Positions 17,515-26,601 of a DNA stretch of 64,000 nt are shown here, piece by piece. The notes under the pieces are model-generated. The model had not been told where the DNA came from. It made no database searches and saw only the letters and a list, made by a program, of their open reading frames with translations. The translations under genes and the position numbers were made by a program. This DNA comes from Fimbriimonadia bacterium (GTDB lineage: Bacteria; Armatimonadota; Fimbriimonadia; Fimbriimonadales; JABRVX01): the NCBI GenBank assembly GCA_041483895.1, contig JBGPGO010000004.1, forward strand, positions 33,987 to 97,986, given 5' to 3'. The first letter of the stretch is position 1, and each line of letters starts with the position of its first letter.

Positions 17515-18564
17515 CTATCGCTTGCCTCGACCGCCGGCAAGGTCGGCGGCTGGGGTGCCGGGATATTCCTCCACAATGCGCGCGAAGAGGCCGCGCGCGG
17601 CGGCGGGGTCGGAGTCCAGCTTCATCTCCGCCAACCGCAACAAGGCGGTCGGCCTGTCCGGGGTCGCGATCGGCTCTTCAACAAAGCTCTCCAGAACCGC
17701 CTCCCGCAGCGACAGCGATAGATTCGGAAGCAGGCGAAAACGGAAGTCGGGAGACAGGCGGTGCAGGCCCAGCATTTGCCCCAGCTTACGGACTGACGCT
17801 TCGTCCGGGCTCTCCATGACGACCTTGGCCTGATACTCGGCGGCCTGGTCCGCGTCGCCCAGCTGGTTCCATGCCTGGGCGAGAAGCCGGTTGGCGGGTA
17901 GGCCGGGATGGCGCTCGCACAGCGCGATGGCTTCTGTCGCCCGCCCCGCCTCGATTAGCTCCTCCGCGCGACCAAGCGGATCTGAACGCCACAGGCCCGC
18001 GACGGCAATGCCAAAAAGGAAACCGCCCAAATGCGCCCACGTCGCCACAGAGCCAAGCTCTCCGCCACGCGCCGCCAGCACGGCTTTCGCGGCCTCGTAG
18101 AGCAGCAACAGGCCGGCCGCCGCCCGCAGTGCGAGATCGATTTTCGTGCGATTGCGGAAGCTGAAAAGAAACGACGATCCAATCACGGCGGCGACCGCGC
18201 CGGATGCCCCGATCGTGGCGACATTCGTCTCCGACGACAGAATCGAGATCATAAATTGGTTGGCCAGAACCGCCGCGACCGCGCCGCCGAGATATGCGGC
18301 GAGCCAGAGTAGATGCCCGGCGCGCGGCTCGAGATAGGCGCCAAAGAGCGCCAGCAGCACCAGGTTGACCATCAGGTGCCCGATCCCGGCATGCACCAAA
18401 GTGTACGTCGCGAGCTGCCAAAGATGGAATTGACCGGGATTGAATGCGAAACGATGAAGTACGGTCTCGCGGTCCATCGTCGAAAACAGCGCGTAGCAGA
18501 GCGCGATGAGTCCGATTGTGGATATCGTCGCAATGGGGTATCGGCCCAACCGGGACCGGGGCAT
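17515..18564 (-). CDS. rhomboid family intramembrane serine protease with C-terminal TPR-like extension
   Basis: Multi-TM N-terminal half with a GASGA catalytic serine motif and a downstream AHLGG histidine. Helical repeat tail. Confidence 0.8.
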   Translation of the reverse strand: MPRSRLGRYPIATISTIGLIALCYALFSTMDRETVLHRFAFNPGQFHLWQLATYTLVHAGIGHLMVNLVLLALFGAYLEPRAGHLLWLAAYLGGAVAAVLANQFMISILSSETNVATIGASGAVAAVIGSSFLFSFRNRTKIDLALRAAAGLLLLYEAAKAVLAARGGELGSVATWAHLGGFLFGIAVAGLWRSDPLGRAEELIEAGRATEAIALCERHPGLPANRLLAQAWNQLGDADQAAEYQAKVVMESPDEASVRKLGQMLGLHRLSPDFRFRLLPNLSLSLREAVLESFVEEPIATPDRPTALLRLAEMKLDSDPAAARGLFARIVEEYPGTPAADLAGGRGKR

Positions 18565-18569
18565 GGCCT

Positions 18570-19316
18570 CTACTCGACCGCCTCCATGACCTCTTCGGAG
18601 ATGTCAAAGTTGGCGTAGGTTTCTTGCACATCGTCCAGATCGTCGAGCGCGTCCATGAACCGGACGACCGCCCGCACGTCTTTCTCATCCACCTGGACCA
18701 TGTTTGTCGGAAAGAGATCGAGGCTCGCGTCCGTGATGAGAATTCCGGCTTTCTCGATGGCGACTTGTACTATGTGGAGCTCGTCCGGCGATGTCGTGAC
18801 CTCGAACACATCGTCTTCCAAGGTCAGGTTTTCGGCGCCGGCCTCCATGGCGACCTCGAACAGGGCGTCCTCGGTCGTAGCGCCGGCATCGACCGTGATC
18901 AGTCCCTGCGATTTGAACTGCCAGGCGACGGAACCGGACTCGCTGAGGTTGCCGCCATACTTGCTAAACGCATGCCGGACCTCAGAGACCGTGCGATTCT
19001 TGTTCTCGGTAAAGCACTGGACGATGACCGCGATGCCGCCGGGGCCGTAGCCTTCGTAGGTGAGCTGTTCGTACTGCGCTCCCTCGATCTCTCCCGTGCC
19101 CCGCTGGATGTTGCGCTTGATGTTGTCCGCGGGCATGTTGGCCTCTTTGGCCTTGGCGATGGCGCTTCGCAGGGAGGGGTTCATTTCCTGGTCGCCTCCC
19201 CCGTTGCGTGCGGCGATGATGATCTCACGGGCGATCCGGGTGAAGGTTTTTCCCCGTATCGCGTCCTGCTTGCCCTTTCGGAGCCGAATGTTATGCCATT
19301 TTGAATGTCCGGACAT
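18570..19316 (-). CDS. yebC: YebC/PmpR family DNA-binding transcriptional regulator
   Basis: MSGHSKWHNI...RGK, full-length family signature. Confidence 0.95.
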   Translation of the reverse strand: MSGHSKWHNIRLRKGKQDAIRGKTFTRIAREIIIAARNGGGDQEMNPSLRSAIAKAKEANMPADNIKRNIQRGTGEIEGAQYEQLTYEGYGPGGIAVIVQCFTENKNRTVSEVRHAFSKYGGNLSESGSVAWQFKSQGLITVDAGATTEDALFEVAMEAGAENLTLEDDVFEVTTSPDELHIVQVAIEKAGILITDASLDLFPTNMVQVDEKDVRAVVRFMDALDDLDDVQETYANFDISEEVMEAVE

Positions 19317-19525
19317 GTTTGAAGGTAGAGTTTATCATCCGGGGCGGCTTTGGCACAAGGACCCCCCTCGTGTCGGGGTCTTTGGGGTCGGCAGACGTGA
19401 ACCCCGACACATCGGTGCGTCATTGGAACGAGTTACCTGATTTTGATTTTTGCCGGGAACGAATTGGGAGGCTCAGCCTGTCATTATAGGGGGGAGGCGC
19501 CCACAATGATGTGGGTGCGCAAAGA

Positions 19526-19900
19526 ATGAACCATACGGATTGTAAGTTGAGTACGAAAGTAAGCGGTAAGTACGGTGTCATCAGCGTGGAGGGCAGCATC
19601 GATCAAAGCGCGCCGAGTTCGGGAAGAGTGATTGAAGAGTTGGTCGGCGGGAACATAGAGGTCGGGGTTCTGGATCTGTCGGGCGCCGATTTGATCGATA
19701 GTGATGGGCTGGATTGGCTGGAAGAGATCCGGTCGGGGCTGGAGGATCGGGGCATCGGGCTGCGAATCGTGGCCGCTTCCGAGGGCAAGGTGGGCAGAAT
19801 CCTTCGTTTGATGCAGTACGATCAACTGGCGGAGTTGTTCGATTCGCTCTCTGGGGCCGTACCGGTGGCGCAATCTTCAATGGAAGTTTCGAATCAGTAG
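19526..19900 (+). CDS. STAS domain protein (anti-sigma-factor antagonist-like)
   Basis: VLDLSGADLIDSDGLDWL pattern typical of SpoIIAA/STAS. The start could instead be GTG 19511. Confidence 0.65.
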   Translation: MNHTDCKLSTKVSGKYGVISVEGSIDQSAPSSGRVIEELVGGNIEVGVLDLSGADLIDSDGLDWLEEIRSGLEDRGIGLRIVAASEGKVGRILRLMQYDQLAELFDSLSGAVPVAQSSMEVSNQ

Positions 19901-20020
19901 CTCTTTCGGCTCCTAAAGATTGATTCTCCCGCAAAAACTCTCTCGTGATATTAGGCATTGAATTGCCGTGCGAATTGAAATCTTGTTACAATGGGCTAGT
20001 CGGGTATCGAGGTGAGCGAT

Positions 20021-22630
20021 ATGACGAAGCTAGCTTTTGTCGTTGCGGCGTTGGTGGCCGGCATTTCCGCATGGGCCGCCGACATACCAGTGCCAAATCC
20101 CAGTTTCGAATCAAAGACAACCGCGCCATGGGTGGTTGAAGTTACCTACGGCGGTAACGGCAGTTCGGCGCCTCGAATTGTCACCCAATTCGCGTCGCCG
20201 GGGCATGATGGCTACTACAGCTATAACGCGACCTGCCGGGTGAGCGCTCTCAGACCTCCTGTGGACGGATGCACCCAGTCCGACGCGTTCGTGACGTTGG
20301 ACATGCAGCAGACCATTCTGCTGGACGGGCCGCGCACGGGAGAGTTTTCCTTCGGCATGTGGGTCAGACCGTTTTTCAGCAACGGCTCCAGCTCCGAAGC
20401 CGTCTGCCGCGCCGGGATCGATCCGACCGGCGGCACGGACAAGAACGCGCCGACAGTTGTTTGGGGCCCATCGAATCATCGAATGGGGCTATGGTCGAGG
20501 GCATCGGTCGCTACGCCCAGCGCCACGACGGACCGACTCACGCTCTTTGTCGAGATGCGAGTGTCTGCTCAACTGATTCAGTGCAATACCGGCACGACCA
20601 ACGACGTCATCGTGTCGGTGTCCATCGATGATGCCCGACTGCGCGATCAATTCAACGCATCCCCGAGCGTATCGATCGTATCTCCACCACCGAATGATCC
20701 GACATTGCGTCCGTTGGCTGTGCAGTTCAGTTTGAACGATCCTGACAGCGCGATCCTGTATTGCAACGTATATCGTGACGGCGTTCTGTTTCAAACGATG
20801 AACAACTGTCCCAACGGTCTGAACCAAAGCTCGCTCATGTCCCCGTCCTATGGCATTCATACGCTGCAGGTGGAGGCGGTTGATATGTGGGACAACGAGA
20901 CGCTTTCGCCTCTCATTCAATTTGAGGTGATCCCCGAGCGACCCATTAATAACTATGACGATAAGCTAGACTCCTACGCCTATTCCGGAATCATTCTCCC
21001 CGTCCACTTGGGAGGGTGTTATGTGGTCGGCGGGGTTACAACGGCGGCAAATGGTCAACACGATACGGTCGTGCATCGGTATGATCGCAATCTCAATCTC
21101 ATTTGGCGGCAGCCGATATCCGGCCCCATCGGAATAAACCAGACGGCCGTACGGGCCAAGCTCACCCCCGACGGCGGCTTGGTGACGATTGGCACCGGCA
21201 ACGTAAGAGTCCCATGGAGTAGCGACCTAATTGCGACACGCTTTGCTCCGGATGGGACTAAGCTATGGCAGTATATTTACGATGGCACTCCTCCCGGATA
21301 TCCGATCTATCTCAATGACACTGGGAAGGATATTGCGGTTGACGCGGAAGGAAACGCATACCTTCTCGGTTCCACTAGACCGTATGGCAATCCTCTCGAT
21401 GACTATCTCGTTATCACGAAACTGAGCCCAAACGGCACGGTCGTCTGGTCGCGCTATTTCGGCGTAGAAAATGGACTGCAAGAGATCTCGGCTGCCATAG
21501 CAGTGGGCGCCAGCGGACTTCTGTATGTCGCTTCGCAGAGCAAGTTATCAACGGAATGGCGAGCAGGGACGATCTATCTTTACGCCCTCGCTCCGAGCGG
21601 AGATCTGTTGTCGACGGGGAAGTTCACTGGGCCGTCTTTCGCCGATCAGCCTGCCGCGTTAGCCGTTGAAGGCGATGGAAGCGTATATGTAACTGCCAAC
21701 ATCGGATACTCCGCCACGGATGTTTTTATGACAACAATCAAATTCGATTCCTTTGGTCATGTCGATTGGTGGCTACCCGTTTCCGGTGGAACGCTACCCA
21801 ACAGTTACAGAAAGTTGATTCAGATCGGCGCTTCGGGGTGTCTTTATGAACTCGGAACTCTTGATGATGGTGGCGCGAATACCGAACGCTATATCATTCA
21901 TAAGATCACTCCGACCGGAGAACTTGTATGGTCCCGGTCGTCAAGCCTTACTTCCGTCAGCGCAACCGCGATGGTTCTCGATGCACATGAAAATATCTAT
22001 CTTGTGGGGAGCTGGTTCAATCAAGGCGTGGGCACATTTGGTCTATTTGCAAAATATGATAAAGATGGGAATGAATTGTATTCCGATCTCTGCGGCGGCG
22101 CCTCCGGCACATACTGTCTTTGGAATGATGTCGCCTTGTCCGATACCGACGGTGTATACGTTGTCGGCGGTGGTAGCGGAATAATTGTCGCGACTACTTA
22201 CCTTGCAAATGGTTCGATGGTCTATGGGCACACGGAACTTGGAGCATTTGCCGGTGAATTTGGGGGAGTCCCATTCGGTGTGTACATTCAAGGTCGGCAA
22301 TATCAGGCTGCGACGAATATTAGTCCGCTTGGAAATTACTGGCTGGTTGTTCCGACACCGGATCCGGTCGAATTGATCGTGAAGCCGAGTCACTGGCTGT
22401 CCGTAAAGCAGCCTTTTGAACCGACAACGACGGCGACTCGATTGGATTGGACGTTCCCAGTGAATGGCGATGTTGCTCAGAATAATCGCATCGATCTCGC
22501 CGACCTGAATGCCATCTTCTTGGACTATGGCGGCACGTCTTCGTCCGCAGATGCAGATGGGGATGGCGTCGTCGATCTGAAAGATTTGAATTTGATTTTT
22601 GTTAGTTTCGGACTTTCCGGGCAAGAGTAG
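20021..22630 (+). CDS. large secreted protein: CBM-like jelly-roll + Ig-like + SBBP-type beta-propeller repeats + C-terminal dockerin (paralogue A)
   Basis: Signal peptide MTKLAFVVAALVAGISAWA, an NPSFE..W motif, repeated D(A/G)xGNxYxxG blades, and two EF-hand-like dockerin loops (NGDVAQNNRIDLADL; DADGDGVVDLKDL). GAGGTGA Shine-Dalgarno sequence upstream of ATG 20021. Confidence 0.8.
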   Translation: MTKLAFVVAALVAGISAWAADIPVPNPSFESKTTAPWVVEVTYGGNGSSAPRIVTQFASPGHDGYYSYNATCRVSALRPPVDGCTQSDAFVTLDMQQTILLDGPRTGEFSFGMWVRPFFSNGSSSEAVCRAGIDPTGGTDKNAPTVVWGPSNHRMGLWSRASVATPSATTDRLTLFVEMRVSAQLIQCNTGTTNDVIVSVSIDDARLRDQFNASPSVSIVSPPPNDPTLRPLAVQFSLNDPDSAILYCNVYRDGVLFQTMNNCPNGLNQSSLMSPSYGIHTLQVEAVDMWDNETLSPLIQFEVIPERPINNYDDKLDSYAYSGIILPVHLGGCYVVGGVTTAANGQHDTVVHRYDRNLNLIWRQPISGPIGINQTAVRAKLTPDGGLVTIGTGNVRVPWSSDLIATRFAPDGTKLWQYIYDGTPPGYPIYLNDTGKDIAVDAEGNAYLLGSTRPYGNPLDDYLVITKLSPNGTVVWSRYFGVENGLQEISAAIAVGASGLLYVASQSKLSTEWRAGTIYLYALAPSGDLLSTGKFTGPSFADQPAALAVEGDGSVYVTANIGYSATDVFMTTIKFDSFGHVDWWLPVSGGTLPNSYRKLIQIGASGCLYELGTLDDGGANTERYIIHKITPTGELVWSRSSSLTSVSATAMVLDAHENIYLVGSWFNQGVGTFGLFAKYDKDGNELYSDLCGGASGTYCLWNDVALSDTDGVYVVGGGSGIIVATTYLANGSMVYGHTELGAFAGEFGGVPFGVYIQGRQYQAATNISPLGNYWLVVPTPDPVELIVKPSHWLSVKQPFEPTTTATRLDWTFPVNGDVAQNNRIDLADLNAIFLDYGGTSSSADADGDGVVDLKDLNLIFVSFGLSGQE

Positions 22631-23834
22631 CTCGGTAGACTGCCTCCACTCCCTCCGCCATCTTTGCCGTCGAGAAGCGGGCGCGGGTGTCGAGCAGCGC
22701 GGCGGCGCCGAGACGTTTGCGGCGGTCTGGATCGTGGGCGAGAAGGGTGAGGGTCGAGGCGAGGGCGGGCACGTCGTCGCGGGGGATTAGTATTCCGGTT
22801 TCACCGTCTTTCACCATCTCCGGGATTCCGCCGACGCGGGAGGCGACGACGGGCAGACCCAGCATCATTGGTTCGAGCAGCGCGGACGGAAACGGCTCGG
22901 GCCACAGACTCGGTGCGGCGACGATATCCATGGCCAGCATGTAGCTCTCGACATCCTCCACGTACCCGGTGAAGATGACGCGATCGGAATTGACCCCCAC
23001 CCAACCCTCCCCCTTTTCCAGGCTGGCGCCTGGAAAAGGGGGAGGGCTTTCTTCGATGCGACCGGTCTCCTGACCGAGTCGCCCGCGCTCCCTTGCGACT
23101 CGGTCAGGAGACCGGTCGCATCGAGCGCGGGCGAACAGTTTGAGATCGTCCAGGTCCTCGCCCGCTCCCACGATAACCGCAACGACTTGGGAAGGCAAGA
23201 ATTCCAGGGCTTGGAGGAGCAGCCGGTGGCCTTTCTCTTTGATCACCCGCGAGAACATGCCGACGGCGATCTGGTCCTCGCGGAGCCCCAACTCGTTGCG
23301 GACAGCTTCCCGTGACCGCTGGGGGGTTCCCAATTCCACCCCGTTCAGCACCGTCACCACTTTCTCCGGCGCGATGCCGCCTTCCAACAGCGGCTGCCGA
23401 ACGGCCTCGGCCACCGCGATGATCCGGTCGTAGAGCCAGTCGCCGTACATCTTGCGCTTCCAGCCCTTCCAGGACCAGGCCATGTGGCGGGTCATAATGA
23501 CGGCCGGGACCTTGCACAGCCGAGCGGCGACGGCGGGGACGATGAAATCGACGGAGTAATGAGTATGGACAACGTCGTACTTTTCGCGCCGGAGCAGGCG
23601 AATGTAAGGGATGAGCGCGCGCCAATCCTGCTGGCTGCGCACGCTGATCTGTGGGCAATGGAATCCCAGGGGCTTGGCATGGCGGCGGACGTAGGTATCC
23701 GGGCCACAAGTGAGGTGGATTTCATGGCCGCGATCTCGAAGGGCTTTCATCAGGCCGATGATCCACCGATCGATGCCGCCCCACTCAAACAGGGCGCTTC
23801 CCACCTGCAGGACCTTGAGCGGCTGGTGTATCAT
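22602..23834 (-). CDS. GT4 family glycosyltransferase (RfaG-like) carrying an in-frame repeat insertion
   Basis: GT-B fold signatures (GGIDRW, DVVHTH, EPFPSALLEPMMLGLPVVASRVGGIPE). A ~42-aa insert is encoded by two palindromic repeats. Confidence 0.85.
   Translation of the reverse strand: MIHQPLKVLQVGSALFEWGGIDRWIIGLMKALRDRGHEIHLTCGPDTYVRRHAKPLGFHCPQISVRSQQDWRALIPYIRLLRREKYDVVHTHYSVDFIVPAVAARLCKVPAVIMTRHMAWSWKGWKRKMYGDWLYDRIIAVAEAVRQPLLEGGIAPEKVVTVLNGVELGTPQRSREAVRNELGLREDQIAVGMFSRVIKEKGHRLLLQALEFLPSQVVAVIVGAGEDLDDLKLFARARCDRSPDRVARERGRLGQETGRIEESPPPFPGASLEKGEGWVGVNSDRVIFTGYVEDVESYMLAMDIVAAPSLWPEPFPSALLEPMMLGLPVVASRVGGIPEMVKDGETGILIPRDDVPALASTLTLLAHDPDRRKRLGAAALLDTRARFSTAKMAEGVEAVYRATLARKVRN
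23005..23046. repeat. perfect 18-bp-stem hairpin repeat (family D: CCCTCCCCCTTTTCCAGG)
   Basis: CCCTCCCCCTTTTCCAGG ctggcg CCTGGAAAAGGGGGAGGG, inside the GT4 CDS. A related copy lies at 24390-24414. Confidence 0.85.
23055..23122. repeat. family A element, compact copy (28-bp perfect stem, 12-nt loop)
   Basis: GATGCGACCGGTCTCCTGACCGAGTCGC followed by its exact reverse complement, inside the GT4 CDS. Confidence 0.85.
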
Positions 23835-23851
23835 TCTGGCGAGTCTAGCCG

Positions 23852-24982
23852 ATGACCGAACGAATTCTTGTGATGATGCGGGAGCATATCGGGGATGTGG
23901 TGAATTCCATCCCCGCGCTTCGCTGCATCCGGCGTCACCATCCTTCGGCGCTCATCACGGTGGAGGTGGGGGATCGGGCGGCGGGGCTTCTGCGGAACTG
24001 CCCGTATTTGGACGAGTTGTGGCCGCGTCCAGAGCATCAGGGATTATTGCGGAAAGTGGCGCTGATTGGGAAGATGCGGCTGCGCCGGTTTCGGGCGGTC
24101 TATATTTTGGATGACAGCAACGCGATGATTCTGTACTGTTGGCTGGGCGGGTTGCGCGAGCGATATGGGATTGTGAAGACCAAATACGAGCGGTTGTTCA
24201 CCCAGTGCATTTGGTTCGATCCGTCGGTGCATGAGACGCTTGGGAATTTTCGTCAGTTGTTGGACCAGGTTGGGGTGGATACTGCGGATTGGCATCTGGA
24301 GCTTTTTGATCGTGCCGGGCCCTTTGGGGACGGCGATCGGGAGGATATGGCAGGCGAGAACCCCGGCACATCCATCCCCCCCACCCTAACCCTCCCCCCC
24401 AAAGGGGAGGAGGGAATCAGAGTTCCATCCCCCAACAATCATATTGTTGAGGGTGATGGGGCCTTGGTCGCGATCAACCCAGGGGCCAGCATCGAGCAAA
24501 AGCGGTGGTTCCCAGAGCGATTTGCTGAGGTCGCTGACAGGGTGCAAGAGGAGTTGGGCGCGACGGTCTGCATTTTGGGCGGGCCGGGAGAGGTGGCGTT
24601 GGCCGAGGAGATTCGGTCCACGATGCGGACGGAACCGATGATGCTGACCGGCAAGCTGTCGTTGGACGAGCTGATCGCGGTGTTGGAGAGATGCGACGCT
24701 TTGGTCACGTGCGACAGCGGTCCAAAGCACATAGCCGCGGCGGTCGGCACGTCCGTCGTGGGAATTTTCGGCTACTTCGATCCGGCCATCGTTGGCCCCG
24801 CCGGCGAGGGGCACATCCTATTAAGAAAGGTCGCCGGCTGTCCCGATTGCCGGCATTCGGACTGCGCGCACGATCGCTCTTGTCTCCGCCTGATTGAGGC
24901 GGACGATGTTGTCCAGGCGGTGGCCACAATCCTGGAAAGGTCAGGCGCGCATGCGATCCGTCCTCATCGTTCGGCAGGATAA
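23852..24982 (+). CDS. GT9 family glycosyltransferase (heptosyltransferase-like) carrying an in-frame repeat insertion
   Basis: ILVMMREHIGDVVNSIPALR start, KRWFPERFAEV and the CDSGPKHIAAAVGT motif. An insert (PPTLTLPPKGEEGIRVPSPNNHIVEG) is encoded by family D and C palindromes. Confidence 0.8.
   Translation: MTERILVMMREHIGDVVNSIPALRCIRRHHPSALITVEVGDRAAGLLRNCPYLDELWPRPEHQGLLRKVALIGKMRLRRFRAVYILDDSNAMILYCWLGGLRERYGIVKTKYERLFTQCIWFDPSVHETLGNFRQLLDQVGVDTADWHLELFDRAGPFGDGDREDMAGENPGTSIPPTLTLPPKGEEGIRVPSPNNHIVEGDGALVAINPGASIEQKRWFPERFAEVADRVQEELGATVCILGGPGEVALAEEIRSTMRTEPMMLTGKLSLDELIAVLERCDALVTCDSGPKHIAAAVGTSVVGIFGYFDPAIVGPAGEGHILLRKVAGCPDCRHSDCAHDRSCLRLIEADDVVQAVATILERSGAHAIRPHRSAG
24390..24453. 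repeat. family D hairpin (24390-24414) plus family C palindrome (24429-24453) inside the GT9 CDS
   Basis: ccctccccccc aaa ggggaggaggg, and cccccaacaat cat attgttgaggg. Confidence 0.8.
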
Positions 24983-25970
24983 GCTGGGAGATCTGCTTCT
25001 GACGACGCCGCTATTTCGCGCGCTTCATGAGGAGGGCTGCCGGATCACAACGGCTGTTCAAGGGCTCTTTGTTCCTCTCATGGAGCAAAACGAGCACGTC
25101 AGCCACGCATTCCCAATTCCTTACAAGCCCAACCTCCGTGCCGCCGGGAGGTTCTTGCGTGATGTCCGGCGAGTGCGACCGGATGCGGTTCTGCTCCTCA
25201 AGCCGGATTCCGGGAGCTACACTATTCTTTCTCGCATCGCCGGCGTGCCGGTTCGGATCGCCGCGACACGCAAATGGTACGGACGGCTGATGACTGACAA
25301 TCTGGGCGGACAATTGGGCGGGCATGAGGCCGAACGGAACCTGAAAATGGGAGAAAAGTTGGTTGGCCACGAGCTGCCGCGATATCCGATGCACCACCAG
25401 CCAAGCCGCCCTGTTGCCGATCGGGCGACTGAAGATTTGTGCTCCATGGGTGTTCCAATCGGAAAACGGTTTATTGTCCTCCACGTCGGAACCGGAGGCG
25501 GTTCGCGGCCCTGGTCGGCGACCGGATTTGCGCGGGTCAGCGATTGGATCCGGGCGACGCTTGGGGTTCCCGTGGTATTGATGGGATCAAAGCAGGACGA
25601 GGCACAGATCGATGGGTTTCGCCGTTCAGTCCGCTCCGAATTCATCGATATCACCGACGGCACGGATCTCTTGCAGCTTGGGGAGCTTTTTCGCCAGGCC
25701 GCTCTGCTGGTCAGCACAGACACCGGCCCCGTCCATTTGGCCGCGGCTGTGGGTACACCGTGCGTGACGATATATCCCCAGCGATTCAGCGCCTCAGGCC
25801 GTTGGCATCCGTGGATGGTTCCCCATCGCATCGTGGCACCCAACCGGTACTGCCAATCATGCGATGATCACGGCTGTACCTATCAGGAATCGACCTGCGT
25901 CGAGACGATCGAAGTGGATGCGGTCATTCGCGCGATCCGAGATTTGTGGGGCGAGCTTAGTATTCGATGA
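24951..25970 (+). CDS. GT9 family glycosyltransferase (heptosyltransferase-like)
   Basis: VLIVRQDKLGDLLLTTPLFRAL, RPW and the TDTGPVHLAAAVGTP motif. ATG at 24951 overlaps the preceding GT9 gene by 32 nt. Confidence 0.8.
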   Translation: MRSVLIVRQDKLGDLLLTTPLFRALHEEGCRITTAVQGLFVPLMEQNEHVSHAFPIPYKPNLRAAGRFLRDVRRVRPDAVLLLKPDSGSYTILSRIAGVPVRIAATRKWYGRLMTDNLGGQLGGHEAERNLKMGEKLVGHELPRYPMHHQPSRPVADRATEDLCSMGVPIGKRFIVLHVGTGGGSRPWSATGFARVSDWIRATLGVPVVLMGSKQDEAQIDGFRRSVRSEFIDITDGTDLLQLGELFRQAALLVSTDTGPVHLAAAVGTPCVTIYPQRFSASGRWHPWMVPHRIVAPNRYCQSCDDHGCTYQESTCVETIEVDAVIRAIRDLWGELSIR

Positions 25971-26478
25971 GCGCGTGGACCGGGTAGCCAATGAGGTTGT
26001 GGCGTCCTTGGAGATCGGTCAACTCGATCATAAAGCAATATCCCGCCACGATCCCGCCCAGCCGTTCGATGAGGCGGGCGGACGCGGCGGCGGTCCCCCC
26101 GGTGGCAAGGAGGTCATCGACGATGACCACTCTCTGGCCCTTCTCCACCGCGTCGGTATGGATCTCGACCGTGTTGGTTCCATACTCCAAGGCGTATTCC
26201 TCGCTTATCGTATCGGCCGGCAGTTTTCCCAGCTTCCGAACGATGGAGAACGGCACGCCAAGCTCCAGCGCCACCGGGACCCCGAGCAAGAATCCGCGCG
26301 ACTCGATCCCGACAATCACTTCCGCGCCCAAGGTGTCCGCATGATCCGTCATCAGGTTGATCACCTGGCGCAACGCCTCGGGCTGGCGAAAGACCGGGGT
26401 GATGTCGCGGAAAAGAATGCCCGGTTTCGGGAAATCGGGCACGTTCCGAATATGCTGTTTCGCAAGGATATCGCTCAT
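25957..26478 (-). CDS. apt: adenine phosphoribosyltransferase
   Basis: FPKPGILFRDITP and the VVIVDDLLATGGT PRPP-binding motif. Confidence 0.95.
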   Translation of the reverse strand: MSDILAKQHIRNVPDFPKPGILFRDITPVFRQPEALRQVINLMTDHADTLGAEVIVGIESRGFLLGVPVALELGVPFSIVRKLGKLPADTISEEYALEYGTNTVEIHTDAVEKGQRVVIVDDLLATGGTAAASARLIERLGGIVAGYCFMIELTDLQGRHNLIGYPVHALIEY

Positions 26479-26601
26479 GGTCCGCTCCTAGACATGTTAG
26501 ATTCGGTTGGACGGCGAAGATTCCTTTGGGGCCTTTGGCTTGATTTGCAACGTCATCGAGCGCGATCCTGTAACGGCAGTAGAAGAACATGGAGGTGCAT
26601 T

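Noticed and set aside
25864-26601. Upstream 246 codons of the 623-aa ORF 25864..27735
   Set aside because: It is antisense to apt, which is unambiguous. The real gene starts at GTG 26602, preceded by GGAGG and followed by a signal peptide.
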